A stretch of DNA of 64,000 nt, from contig JAUWOR010000003.1 of the NCBI GenBank assembly GCA_030612025.1, positions 1 through 64,000 on the forward strand, given 5' to 3'. Made by a program: the position numbers and the translations under genes. Of this stretch, positions 1 to 9,147 are shown piece after piece (the stretch's first letter is position 1; the number at the start of each line of letters is the position of its first letter). The notes beneath the pieces are model-generated. The model did not search any database. It worked only from the letters and a program-made list of their open reading frames with translations, and was not told the DNA's origin. This DNA comes from Dehalococcoidia bacterium (GTDB lineage Bacteria; Chloroflexota; Dehalococcoidia; GIF9; AB-539-J10).

Positions 1-2004
1 TCCTTCCTGGTAAGCCAGCATATACACTTTGGCTACATCCTCGGGCGTTGCATCGTGAGGGAAATTGACCGTCTTGGATACAGCGCTATCAGTAAATTTT
101 TGGAATGCTGCCTGCATCTTAACGTGCCACTCAGGAGATATATCATGGGCGGTGATAAAGAGCCTCTTTATCTCTTCAGGAACTTCTTTTACGTCTTTTA
201 GCCTCTTTCCTTCAGCTAGCTGCTTCATTAGATCTGGGGAATAGAACCCTCCGCTCTTGGCCGTCTCCTCAAAATAAGGGTTCACCTCTATGAATTCTTC
301 GCCTTCCAAGATATGACGCACGTAGCTTAAGGCGAATAATGGTTCAATGCCGCTGGAGCAATTAGCGATTATGCTCAAGCTGCCAGTAGGAGCAATGGTA
401 GTCCGAGAGGCATTTCGAAAACGAGGACCATCGGGCAGGGCATAAATGCTTTTCTGGAAAGCAGGAAAAACTCCCCTTTCTTGGGCTAGCTCTATCGAGG
501 CTTTATCCGTCTCTTCAGATATGAAATAGGCAATTTCCTCGGCCACAACGAGCCCTTGTTCACTATCATAAGGGATACCAAGCTGAATCAGCATGTCGGC
601 AAAACCCATCACTCCCAGGCCTATTTTCCTGGTAGTTTTGGTCATCTCCGTAATCTCTGACAGGGGGAATTGGTTGACTTCGATAACGTCGTCCAGGAAG
701 CGGACTGACAGCTTGACTGTTTGAGATAGCTTGTCATAGTCAATGTATGGCTGGCCATCTTTATCCGCCACCATATTGGACAAGTTTATGGAGCCTAAAT
801 TACAGGATTCAAAGGGGAGCAGGGGTTGTTCTCCACAGGGGTTAGTGCTTTCTATTTTACCTAATTTGGGTGTGGGGTTATGCCTGTTTATCTCGTCAAT
901 AAATACAATTCCCGGGTCGCCGGTGCGCCACGCCATATCAACTATTTTGTCAAATACCTCTTTGGCATTAAGCTTATCTATCACCTCTCTAGTTCGAGGG
1001 TTCACTAAATTGTAATCGGTGCCTTTTTCCACCGCTTTCATAAACTCATCAGTCACAGCTACAGAAAGGTTAAAATTGGTTAGAGCTTCCGAGTCTTCCT
1101 TAGCTGCGATGAATTTTAAGATGTCGGGATGCTCAATATTTAGTATTGCCATATTGGCTCCGCGGCGCATGCCACCTTGCTTTATGACATCGGTGGTGAC
1201 ATCAAAGGCTCGCATGAAAGAAACAGGGCCACTAGCAATGCCACCCGTAGAACCCACTCTATCACTTGTCGGTCTAAGTCGAGAAAAGGAAAAGCCAGTA
1301 CCTCCGCCACTTTTATGAATCAAAGCGGTATATTTAACCGCATCAAAAATAGACTCCATAGAGTCCTCAATAGGTAAAACAAAGCAAGCTGATAGTTGCC
1401 CCAGTTCGCGGCCGGCATTCATTAATGTAGGTGAGTTAGGTAGAAACTCCAGGTTTTCCATTAGTTGATAAAAAGCCTCTTCATAGAGGGAGACATCCGC
1501 CTTGGGCTCGGCTGAGGCAATATGCCTGGCGACGCGGCGAAATAGCTCTTGTGGGGTCTTCTCAATAACCATCCCCTCCTCATCCTTTATAAAATATCTC
1601 CTTTCCAGAACCCTTAAGGCATTGTCGCTGAATTTAATATCAGCAGCGAGTTGAATCCTTGGCTTGGCTAGAATAACAGGCATTTCTTTAATCTCGGTTT
1701 CCATTTCAGGCTTAACCTCCTCTGGCTTAGCTGGCTCTTCAGCATCCAGGATTTCCTTTACCGCGGTTCGGATTTCAGACTTAGCGAATGGGCGCCTCTC
1801 TCGATGGTATTTTGGCACTAGGTGCTCCATTCCAGGTAAGGTTTGCTGCCGTTCCAAGCGTTCAATCACCTGGGTGGTGAGTTGTTCTATTTTGTTTCTA
1901 TCACGTATACCCATTGACTCAACATCAGCCATTACAGCCCTGAGAATTTCAGTGCGATTAAGAGATCCCCCACTGTTGTTTCTCTTGTGACTGTTATTTG
2001 ACAC
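1..2004 (-). CDS. nrdJ: Class II (adenosylcobalamin-dependent) ribonucleotide reductase, 3' end runs off the window
   Basis: Manual translation of the minus strand: GTG at 2004 after GGAG; motifs FLPNSPTLMNAG, TNPCGEQPLLPFESCNLGSINL, TIAPTGSLSII; frame open to position 1. Confidence 0.9.
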   Translation of the reverse strand, partial: MSNNSHKRNNSGGSLNRTEILRAVMADVESMGIRDRNKIEQLTTQVIERLERQQTLPGMEHLVPKYHRERRPFAKSEIRTAVKEILDAEEPAKPEEVKPEMETEIKEMPVILAKPRIQLAADIKFSDNALRVLERRYFIKDEEGMVIEKTPQELFRRVARHIASAEPKADVSLYEEAFYQLMENLEFLPNSPTLMNAGRELGQLSACFVLPIEDSMESIFDAVKYTALIHKSGGGTGFSFSRLRPTSDRVGSTGGIASGPVSFMRAFDVTTDVIKQGGMRRGANMAILNIEHPDILKFIAAKEDSEALTNFNLSVAVTDEFMKAVEKGTDYNLVNPRTREVIDKLNAKEVFDKIVDMAWRTGDPGIVFIDEINRHNPTPKLGKIESTNPCGEQPLLPFESCNLGSINLSNMVADKDGQPYIDYDKLSQTVKLSVRFLDDVIEVNQFPLSEITEMTKTTRKIGLGVMGFADMLIQLGIPYDSEQGLVVAEEIAYFISEETDKASIELAQERGVFPAFQKSIYALPDGPRFRNASRTTIAPTGSLSIIANCSSGIEPLFALSYVRHILEGEEFIEVNPYFEETAKSGGFYSPDLMKQLAEGKRLKDVKEVPEEIKRLFITAHDISPEWHVKMQAAFQKFTDSAVSKTVNFPHDATPEDVAKVYMLAYQEG

Positions 2005-2009
2005 AATGC

Positions 2010-2025
2010 TCTCCAGATATAGTAT
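2010..2025. promoter_or_regulatory. Possible NrdR box overlapping the nrdJ RBS
   Basis: Minus strand ATACTATATCTGGAGA resembles the NrdR consensus acaCwAtATaTwGtgt (two core mismatches). Confidence 0.45.
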
Positions 2026-2036
2026 TTCGCTTTGCT

Positions 2037-2921
2037 TCATCTATCAAGGAAAGCTAGAGAAATAACATATCTTGCTTCACCTCGACCAAAACCCTTGGAT
2101 TCGACGAGTATATGTTTAATACCAGCATCAAGTCTAAAATCTTTGCGACATTTAACAAGACTGTCGTACTGGTAGGCTTTGTACAAAGTGGAAGTATGCC
2201 TAGCAAGCGTATGTTTTGGCACATAGTTAACCTTAATTCGTGATCTGTTGCCTGGGCCTATATGCCAAGCTAACCGAAGTGCTTTGGACTTAGTTCCTGG
2301 CTGCGGACGCCATAGGAGGGCAATGCAAGGCTCTGTGCTAAGCTCGGCAATCCGAATGGCAGTCGAGCTAATGGAAACTCTGAAGATATTGGCCAACCAT
2401 TCAATCGAGTTAATAGAGACACCAAAACCTGACAAATATTTCTTGAAAACCATCTCTGGCATGAGTAGTTCTGCCGCGGCGACATTACATAGACGTTCTT
2501 TAGCTCTTGCACGAGCTATTGCAGGAGCTTGTGGATTGAACGTTCGAAACTCAACGTCCTCTATACAAAGTTCTATTTTCAGCTCACTAAGTAAGGCGTG
2601 CCCGATTTCGTGGGCGCAGGAGAAGTTTTGCCTAGCCAGGTTGTGCTTTTCGTTCACCTTAATCACGTAACCGTCATGAAATCTCAGCAGGACAGCGCTT
2701 AGTTCTCCAAGATCAGCTTTCACAAATTTTTTAATGCCCTGCAAGGGAGCAAATTCTTCAGGTAAAAACGGTGGTTTCTCATGTCCTCTCTGCATAACCA
2801 ATCGGCTCACAAGCTGTCTAGCTCGTTCAATAATAAGGCTGGTAGCCTGTTCTAAATTCAGAGATACTGGCGATACCTGGCTAGCCATGCCATCACCGAT
2901 TAAATAGTTTGTATCCATCAA
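2037..2921 (-). CDS. ImmA/IrrE family zinc metallo-endopeptidase
   Basis: RQNFSCAHEIGH (HExxH) and ERLCNVAAAELLMP, followed by an HTH-like segment and a C-terminal domain as in IrrE/CapP. Confidence 0.85.
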   Translation of the reverse strand: MMDTNYLIGDGMASQVSPVSLNLEQATSLIIERARQLVSRLVMQRGHEKPPFLPEEFAPLQGIKKFVKADLGELSAVLLRFHDGYVIKVNEKHNLARQNFSCAHEIGHALLSELKIELCIEDVEFRTFNPQAPAIARARAKERLCNVAAAELLMPEMVFKKYLSGFGVSINSIEWLANIFRVSISSTAIRIAELSTEPCIALLWRPQPGTKSKALRLAWHIGPGNRSRIKVNYVPKHTLARHTSTLYKAYQYDSLVKCRKDFRLDAGIKHILVESKGFGRGEARYVISLAFLDR

Positions 2922-2927
2922 CCGCTC

Positions 2928-3260
2928 CTAATCATCCCATAGGTTGCCCTGACGAGGAGGCGTTGCCGGCGGTGGTCTAAGGAGTTCTATACACTCGTCG
3001 TCTGATAGAATATCATCTGTCTCTTCAAAGAACTTTGCCCTGGCACTTTTTAAGCCAAAGACATTAACACAAGCATGCAGAAAATCTGATGGCAGTGGTT
3101 CAGGCTCACCTGTTACCCCTCTCTTGATACGGTCTCTCGGGCATCCTGTTCGATTAGCGAGCGCCTGTGGAGAAATCCTCTGTTCATTCATCCGCCAGCA
3201 GATTCCCTGCCACGTATTTTTTATCCTATTGATCTGGTCTTGTTTGCGCGTTATTCTCAT
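2928..3260 (-). CDS. Small XRE-like helix-turn-helix protein
   Basis: 110 aa, GGAGG RBS, ISPQALANRTGCPRDRIKRGVTG resembles an XRE HTH; lies 6 bp from the peptidase gene. Confidence 0.55.
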   Translation of the reverse strand: MRITRKQDQINRIKNTWQGICWRMNEQRISPQALANRTGCPRDRIKRGVTGEPEPLPSDFLHACVNVFGLKSARAKFFEETDDILSDDECIELLRPPPATPPRQGNLWDD

Positions 3261-3350
3261 TTTCCTCCGCCTAATGTTTTCGTTCCTTCACAATGCTCAG
3301 CCCTGTATTCATCCCGACCACTGAATTCTTGACTGGTTTCCTTATTGACT

Positions 3351-3887
3351 TTAAGCATTTTTATTTTCCCCGAGGCCAATTAAGGAATTCACCGCTTCAG
3401 AAGGCAACAACAGCAACTGATTTGCTGGCGGCGCCAAAATTTCCCCCTCTGCTAGGTTATCCACCGCCACTTTCAGAACACCAATATCAGCAAATTCGCG
3501 GTAAACGCTAGCAAAGCGAATATAGGCTATATGGTCTAACTTCTGCAATCCTTGCATAACCAAATCGCCAATAATGGAGCTAGGAATTTCAGCCTTGCCT
3601 AAGCTATAGAGCTCAGCTTCAATGTTGTCTATGAGCTTATCAATAGCGCCTATGGGTAGAGGACGTTTCTCACAAGCTTTACGGATTCCGGAGGAGAGTT
3701 TATCCCGGCTGAATTCTTCACGCCGACCATCCTTCTTAACCACGAAGATATTACGAGATTGTACGCGCTCGTAAGTGGTGAAGCGAGCACCACAAGAAAG
3801 ACACTTCCTCCGTCGCCTCACCCCTCCATCTAAAGGCCGAGAATCTATCACTCTCGACCCCGTTCCACCACAATAAGGACAATTCAT
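3351..3887 (-). CDS. nrdR: Transcriptional repressor NrdR
   Basis: MNCPYCG...VIDSR...RRRRKCLSCGARFTTYER zinc ribbon plus ATP-cone (YIRFASVY). Confidence 0.97.
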   Translation of the reverse strand: MNCPYCGGTGSRVIDSRPLDGGVRRRRKCLSCGARFTTYERVQSRNIFVVKKDGRREEFSRDKLSSGIRKACEKRPLPIGAIDKLIDNIEAELYSLGKAEIPSSIIGDLVMQGLQKLDHIAYIRFASVYREFADIGVLKVAVDNLAEGEILAPPANQLLLLPSEAVNSLIGLGENKNA

Positions 3888-3926
3888 ACCCTCTCTCCCT
3901 AAAAATTGTATTATAATAAAATTTTA

Positions 3927-3942
3927 TCACTATATGTAGTAA
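3927..3942. promoter_or_regulatory. NrdR box upstream of nrdR
   Basis: TCACTATATGTAGTAA matches the CwAtATaTwG core with one mismatch, about 40 bp upstream of the nrdR start. Confidence 0.6.
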
Positions 3943-3951
3943 AAAGCAAGA

Positions 3952-3994
3952 AAGGAAAAAGGCGGTGAGTTGTAATTACACCGCCTTTTTCCTT
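3952..3994 (-). terminator. Intrinsic terminator after ftsZ (potentially bidirectional)
   Basis: AAGGAAAAAGGCGGTG...CACCGCCTTTTTCCTT perfect inverted repeat with A/T tracts. Confidence 0.8.
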
Positions 3995-4010
3995 AACTTT
4001 GGGTTAGGGT

Positions 4011-5138
4011 TTACTGCCAGGAAATTTTGGACGGCTGTGGGGTGAGTTCTGTCTTACCCCTAATAGTGCTCACTAGCTGAGGGGAGGGGTAGCGCTGACC
4101 GCGGCGCAGGAAAGAAGGGACATCAAGGGTTTCACCAGTTTTTACTAAGCGGCGAAGTTCCTCCAAATTAGGTGCCCCCTTACCATACTGCGTAGTGAAG
4201 CCGGTGGCGATAACAGTGATCTTAACTTCGTTGTCCATCTTAGGATCAAAGACTACCCCAAAGATGATGTTGGCTCTAGGATCAACTGCTTCACTAATGA
4301 CTTGAGCTGCCTCATTACACTCAAAGAGGGTAAGGCTTGAGCCACCAGTAATATTGAACAGCACGCCTTTAGCTCCGCTTACGGAGACATCGAGCAATGG
4401 GCTAGCCAGGGCAGCCTTAGCAGCTTCAGCGGCTCGATTCTGCCCGCTGCCTTTCCCGACAGACATCCATGCTGGACCAGCATCTCTCATCACTGATTTA
4501 ATATCAGCGAAGTCCAGGTTAATTAACCCGGGAACGGTGACAACCTCAGAGATAGACTGCACTCCATGAACAAGAGCATCGTCAGCCAACTTGAAAGCGC
4601 TATCAACGCTTGTCTTAGCATCGCAGAGCTGCAAGAGGCGGTCATTAGGTATAATAATTAGCGTATCCACCTTATCACTTAGCCTAAGTATGCCTTCTTC
4701 AGCTACTTCCATTCGATGCCCCCCTTCAAAACTAAAAGGCTTGGTCACCACGCCGATAGTGAGAGCACCGGCTTCCTTGGCTGCTTGAGCCACAACGGGA
4801 ATGCCGCCAGTGCCTGTGCCACCACCCATACCACAACTGATAAACACCATATCAACTCCCTCGACAATTTCCTCAATTATCTGGCGGCTTTCCTCAGTTG
4901 CCTTGAGCCCTAATTTATGGTCGCCACCTACGCCTAAGCCTTTAGTCAACTTCTCACCTAATTGGATACGAGTGGGCGTCTCAGCCAATGCCAGAGCTTG
5001 GGCATCTGTATTCATCGCTACGAAATCAACACCCCTTATCCCCTCGCGAACCATGCGGTTGATAGCATTACAACCACCTCCGCCAAGACCTATAGCCTTA
5101 ATTCTTGCCGGTGTCGGAGCGAAAATCGTTTTTGCCAT
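4011..5138 (-). CDS. ftsZ: Cell division protein FtsZ
   Basis: GGGTGTG tubulin signature, GLINLDFAD, C-terminal LDVPSFLR. Confidence 0.98.
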   Translation of the reverse strand: MAKTIFAPTPARIKAIGLGGGGCNAINRMVREGIRGVDFVAMNTDAQALALAETPTRIQLGEKLTKGLGVGGDHKLGLKATEESRQIIEEIVEGVDMVFISCGMGGGTGTGGIPVVAQAAKEAGALTIGVVTKPFSFEGGHRMEVAEEGILRLSDKVDTLIIIPNDRLLQLCDAKTSVDSAFKLADDALVHGVQSISEVVTVPGLINLDFADIKSVMRDAGPAWMSVGKGSGQNRAAEAAKAALASPLLDVSVSGAKGVLFNITGGSSLTLFECNEAAQVISEAVDPRANIIFGVVFDPKMDNEVKITVIATGFTTQYGKGAPNLEELRRLVKTGETLDVPSFLRRGQRYPSPQLVSTIRGKTELTPQPSKISWQ

Positions 5139-5179
5139 TTGAACCTCCTTTCTAAGAAAAGATTGAGCCTGTCCATCCT

Positions 5180-6397
5180 TTAGCCACGAAACAGCCTCCT
5201 AAACAAGCTAACAAAACTACCCAAAATACCACCTCTTTTTACTTGCCAGGCCGACCTTTCTTTGTTTCTCGCTTGCCAGAGAATCAGCCCAGTAGTGGTG
5301 GCATAAGCCGAGTCATAGAGAATATCGGTAATGCCGTAAATGCCGGCACCCAAAGGCTGACCTTTCCGCACTGGAAATCGCAATACTGATTTCCCCAGCT
5401 CAGCAAGCCCCGTCAGGTTGGCTGTGCCACCAGTAAGCACTAAGCCACAGGGCGCCAAAGTTCGATAATCAGTGGTAGGCATTTCCAGAAGTATGAGCTC
5501 AAACAATTCCTCCATTCGAGAGCGGATAATGTCGCACAGGTCACGATAAGAGGCGCTATGACCATTCTCTATGCCTACTTCGTCTGTCTTGCCAGTATCC
5601 AGTCCTGGCGTTACATTCCCGTATCCCTTTTTCATTTTTTCCGCTATATTGAAGGGCAAACCTAGACCGATAGCGATATCGCTGGTCGCTTGGTAACCAG
5701 CTACCGGGATAATCGAGGTATGGTAGATACTACCATCCCTGAAGACGGCTATATCTGTAGTGCCACCACCAATGTCAGCCATGATAACACCACTGTCTCT
5801 CTCCTGTCGGGTTAATACTGCCTCGCCGGCAGCCAGGGGCTCCAAAATCAAATCTGCAACCTCGACACCGACACTGCGAACACATTTAACTAGATTTTGC
5901 ACTGAAGACACTGATGCCGTGATAATGTGAGTTTCCACATCTAATCTGGTGCCATGCATACCCACTGGCTGTTTTACTCTTTCTTCGCCATTCAAGGTAT
6001 AATAGCGAGGAATAGCGTGAAGCAGTCTCTTCCCTTCAGGAACAGAAACACTACGGGCCGCAGACAATACTCTTTTAAGATCCTGAGAACGAACTAATCG
6101 GTCATCACGCGGGATAGATACTACTCCTCGATTATTAAGACTAGTTATATGCCTGCCAGTAACCCCGACATAGACAGAGTCTATCCTCATACCACTAATC
6201 CTCTGGGCTTCCCTTACTGAGTCAGTAATGGATGCTTTAGCCTCATCCATGTTGACTACAATGCCTTTGTGCAGGCCATGACTAGGCACAACTCCCACTC
6301 CCAAAACTTCAATGTCGTCTTGTGATCTTACATTAGCTACGATGGTGGCTATCTTAGTCGTACCCACATCAATAGCGGAAACAATTTTCTTTGCCAT
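5180..6397 (-). CDS. ftsA: Cell division protein FtsA
   Basis: IDVGTTKI and DIGGGTTDI actin-like motifs, LTGG, C-terminal amphipathic helix. Confidence 0.97.
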   Translation of the reverse strand: MAKKIVSAIDVGTTKIATIVANVRSQDDIEVLGVGVVPSHGLHKGIVVNMDEAKASITDSVREAQRISGMRIDSVYVGVTGRHITSLNNRGVVSIPRDDRLVRSQDLKRVLSAARSVSVPEGKRLLHAIPRYYTLNGEERVKQPVGMHGTRLDVETHIITASVSSVQNLVKCVRSVGVEVADLILEPLAAGEAVLTRQERDSGVIMADIGGGTTDIAVFRDGSIYHTSIIPVAGYQATSDIAIGLGLPFNIAEKMKKGYGNVTPGLDTGKTDEVGIENGHSASYRDLCDIIRSRMEELFELILLEMPTTDYRTLAPCGLVLTGGTANLTGLAELGKSVLRFPVRKGQPLGAGIYGITDILYDSAYATTTGLILWQARNKERSAWQVKRGGILGSFVSLFRRLFRG

Positions 6398-6431
6398 TTT
6401 TACCTCCTTTGTTACTATAGGTATTCCTTGT

Positions 6432-7370
6432 TTACCTCAGGCATTCAGCCATCCTCAATTTAGCGCTGCGGCTGCGTGGGTTGGATTCTATCTCCAACGA
6501 AGTAGGTTTAATAACCTTCCTTGATATAAGCTTTAAGGTGGCCACATGCCCACAACGACATATTATTGTTCCCGGTGGACATAGGCAACTACTAGCTTCG
6601 CGACGCATAAATTCCTTGACTATGCGGTCTTCCAGGGAGTGATAGCTGATAACTACTAACCGGCCCCGAAAACGAAGGAGATTAATAGTTTGTTCCAGAG
6701 CCACTTTTAGGTTCTCCAACTCTCTATTAACCGCGATGCGAAGTGCCATAAAGGTCCTAGTGGCTGGGTGAATCTTGGCATGCTTGCGGCCAAGAACTTG
6801 CTCTACCACTTGGGCAAGTTGTAGAGTAGATGTAATAGGGCGGCTCGACACAATGTGCTGAGCTATTCGCCGTGAGTGACGCTCCTCCCCATATTCCTTG
6901 ATAACACGGGCTAACTCTTGCTCAGAAAAAGTGTTAACGATATCAGAGGCGGTTAGTCCTTGTCTGGGGTCAAACCTCATATCGAGAGGACCATCGCGCT
7001 GAAAGCTAAAGCCACGCTGGGCTGTATCCAGTTGCATAGAGGAGACGCCAAGGTCAAAAAGAATGCCATCAACTGGATAGAACTCGCATTTGCTGCAGAT
7101 AGCTTCGAGGTTGGCGAAGCTATCGTTAACCAAAGTAACTGCCTCACTATAATCGCCAAATCTAGCTCGGGCTATCCTGATAGCCTCGGGGTCAGCATCA
7201 ATACCTAAAAGCTTTCCCTGGGGTGAAATCCTTTCCAAAATAGCGGCAGCATGTCCACCTAAACCCACAGTACAGTCAACAAAATACCCGCCCGGTTGAG
7301 CTTGTAATCCCTCTACGGCTTCCCTAACCAAAACAGGTACATGGGTTGGCAAAGACGTGGTCACGCTCAT
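6432..7370 (-). CDS. rsmH: 16S rRNA m4C1402 methyltransferase
   Basis: HVPVL, DCTVGLGGH, DLGVSSMQLD, HPATRTF, NPRSRSAKLR. Confidence 0.97.
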   Translation of the reverse strand: MSVTTSLPTHVPVLVREAVEGLQAQPGGYFVDCTVGLGGHAAAILERISPQGKLLGIDADPEAIRIARARFGDYSEAVTLVNDSFANLEAICSKCEFYPVDGILFDLGVSSMQLDTAQRGFSFQRDGPLDMRFDPRQGLTASDIVNTFSEQELARVIKEYGEERHSRRIAQHIVSSRPITSTLQLAQVVEQVLGRKHAKIHPATRTFMALRIAVNRELENLKVALEQTINLLRFRGRLVVISYHSLEDRIVKEFMRREASSCLCPPGTIICRCGHVATLKLISRKVIKPTSLEIESNPRSRSAKLRMAECLR

Positions 7371-7795
7371 TATTGCGCCTCAAAGCCCTCTATAATCTGG
7401 GATGCCTGTTCTTCAGCTGAGGTTTTCTCTGTTTTCCACAACTCCTCATTCCAGAGTTCAACATAATTATTAGCGCCAACAACAATTGCAGCATCACCGA
7501 TCTCAGCATAACTGCGTAAGGGGAAAGGTAATGTTATCCTGCCTTGCTTATCAAAGGAGACACTGAAAGCAGAACCGAAGATAGCACGATTCAGTTTTCT
7601 TAAGTTGGCTGGAGTTACTGCCTTAGCAGCTAGGCTGTCAGCTAACCTTTTCCATTCGGCCGAAGGATAAGCAACGACGCATTTCTCCGTCCCCTTAATT
7701 AGTATTACAGCCTCCCTCATTTCTCGCCTGAATTTTGGCGGTAGCGGTAATCTTCCCTTTTCGTCAACCCTATACTGATATTCACCAAAAAACAT
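7370..7795 (-). CDS. mraZ: Division/cell wall cluster regulator MraZ
   Basis: MFFGEY...VDEKGR and FDKQGR SpoVT/AbrB repeats; upstream of rsmH. Confidence 0.96.
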   Translation of the reverse strand: MFFGEYQYRVDEKGRLPLPPKFRREMREAVILIKGTEKCVVAYPSAEWKRLADSLAAKAVTPANLRKLNRAIFGSAFSVSFDKQGRITLPFPLRSYAEIGDAAIVVGANNYVELWNEELWKTEKTSAEEQASQIIEGFEAQ

Positions 7796-7800
7796 ATTGT

Positions 7801-7852
7801 TCTACCCTATTTCTCCATAAAATCCACCATTTCCCCCCATTTTTCCCCACAC
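7801..7852 (-). promoter_or_regulatory. MraZ-binding direct repeats
   Basis: Minus strand GTGGGGAAAA-ATGGGGGGAA-ATGGTGGATT-TTATGGAGAA: roughly 10-bp periodic TGG repeats directly upstream of mraZ. Confidence 0.65.
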
Positions 7853-8041
7853 TTATAGTAAACTCCTATGCTTATATTTTGTCAAGCCCTTTTGCCCCTT
7901 TTTGTAACTTTTTAGCAATTTTCTTCTGCCGGCCAGAGCTAAAGCTGCTAAAACCGCTAAAGAAAGGAGTGCGGCAACTTTTTTAACTGCCCTCTGTATG
8001 ATAAGATGAGTAACCAAGAAAGTTGTTATTGAGAGGATTCA

Positions 8042-8782
8042 ATGCGCATTGACATATTGTGCCTTTTCCCCGAGATGTTTGCCTCAGCGTTTGACCAAAG
8101 CATTATTAAGCGAGCTAAAGAGAAAGGGATAGTAGATATCGTGACCCATAATATCCGCGACTATACTCACGACAAACACCATACGGCAGATGACTACCCT
8201 TACGGGGGTGGGCCGGGAATGGTGCTCAAGCCTGAGCCTGTCTTCGAGGCAGTGGAAGCAATAAAGCAGCAGCTTAACACCAGCGAAATTCCTATTATTT
8301 TACTCACCCCTCAAGGCAGGCTTTTTAATCAACAAGTCGCCAAGGAATTGGCTCTTTATTCCCACCTTATTTTGATCTGCGGTCATTATGAGGGCATAGA
8401 CGAGAGAGTGCACGAGCATTTAGCTACGGATGAAATTAGCATTGGCGATTATGTGCTTAGCAGTGGCGAACTAGCCGCCATGGTTGTGGTAGATGCCGTA
8501 GTCAGGCTTATACCAGGAGTGCTCGGTTCACCCATGTCAGCAAACAACGATTCCCATAGTGATGGGTTTCTGGAATATCCCCAATACACCAGGCCCCGGG
8601 TATATCGAGGTTGGTCAATACCTTCGATTTTACTCTCAGGAAATCACCGCGAAATTGCTTGCTGGCAGCGCCATCAGGCTATTTTACGAACAGCAAAACA
8701 ACGCCCCGATCTTCTCAAAAAGGCAACTCTCTCAGATAAGGAGAAGGAATGGATATCAGAGAGCTTATTGAACCCAAAATAA
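8042..8782 (+). CDS. trmD: tRNA (guanine-N1)-methyltransferase
   Basis: [38 protein letters not shown]. Confidence 0.97.
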   Translation: MRIDILCLFPEMFASAFDQSIIKRAKEKGIVDIVTHNIRDYTHDKHHTADDYPYGGGPGMVLKPEPVFEAVEAIKQQLNTSEIPIILLTPQGRLFNQQVAKELALYSHLILICGHYEGIDERVHEHLATDEISIGDYVLSSGELAAMVVVDAVVRLIPGVLGSPMSANNDSHSDGFLEYPQYTRPRVYRGWSIPSILLSGNHREIACWQRHQAILRTAKQRPDLLKKATLSDKEKEWISESLLNPK

Positions 8783-9138
8783 ATCCTAACATCCCTCAAA
8801 TTTCCCCTGGCGACACAGTTAAGGTTAGCTTGAGGATTGTGGAGAGGGATAAGGAGCGCCTTCAGCACTTCCAGGGAATGGTGATCAGGATTAGGAAAGG
8901 TGTTGATGGCGGAAGCTTCACTGTAAGACGCGTAATTTACGGCGTTGGAGTAGAACAAACCTTTCCCTTCCAATCTCCTCTGCTGCAAAAGGTAGAGGTG
9001 CTCAGGCATGGTAAAACGCGGCGAGCTAAACTTTATTATATGCGTGGACTTAGCGCTAAGCGAGCTCGACTTAAGGAAAGACAAGAAAAGGTAATCGCGC
9101 AAGCCGTGCCCCAAGAACAGGGAGCAGAACCCCCATAA
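8749..9138 (+). CDS. rplS: 50S ribosomal protein L19
   Basis: [25 protein letters not shown]; follows trmD. Confidence 0.96.
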   Translation: MDIRELIEPKINPNIPQISPGDTVKVSLRIVERDKERLQHFQGMVIRIRKGVDGGSFTVRRVIYGVGVEQTFPFQSPLLQKVEVLRHGKTRRAKLYYMRGLSAKRARLKERQEKVIAQAVPQEQGAEPP

Positions 9139-9147
9139 GTATCTTAA

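Noticed and set aside
743-1990. Plus-strand ORFs in the track, and similar short antisense ORFs over ftsZ, clp, leuS, polA and mrp
   Set aside because: Shadow ORFs opposite well-supported genes.
2928-2960. C-terminal QGNLW as a beta-clamp binding motif (also QIPLL at the end of MutM)
   Set aside because: Too short and degenerate to support without an ortholog alignment.
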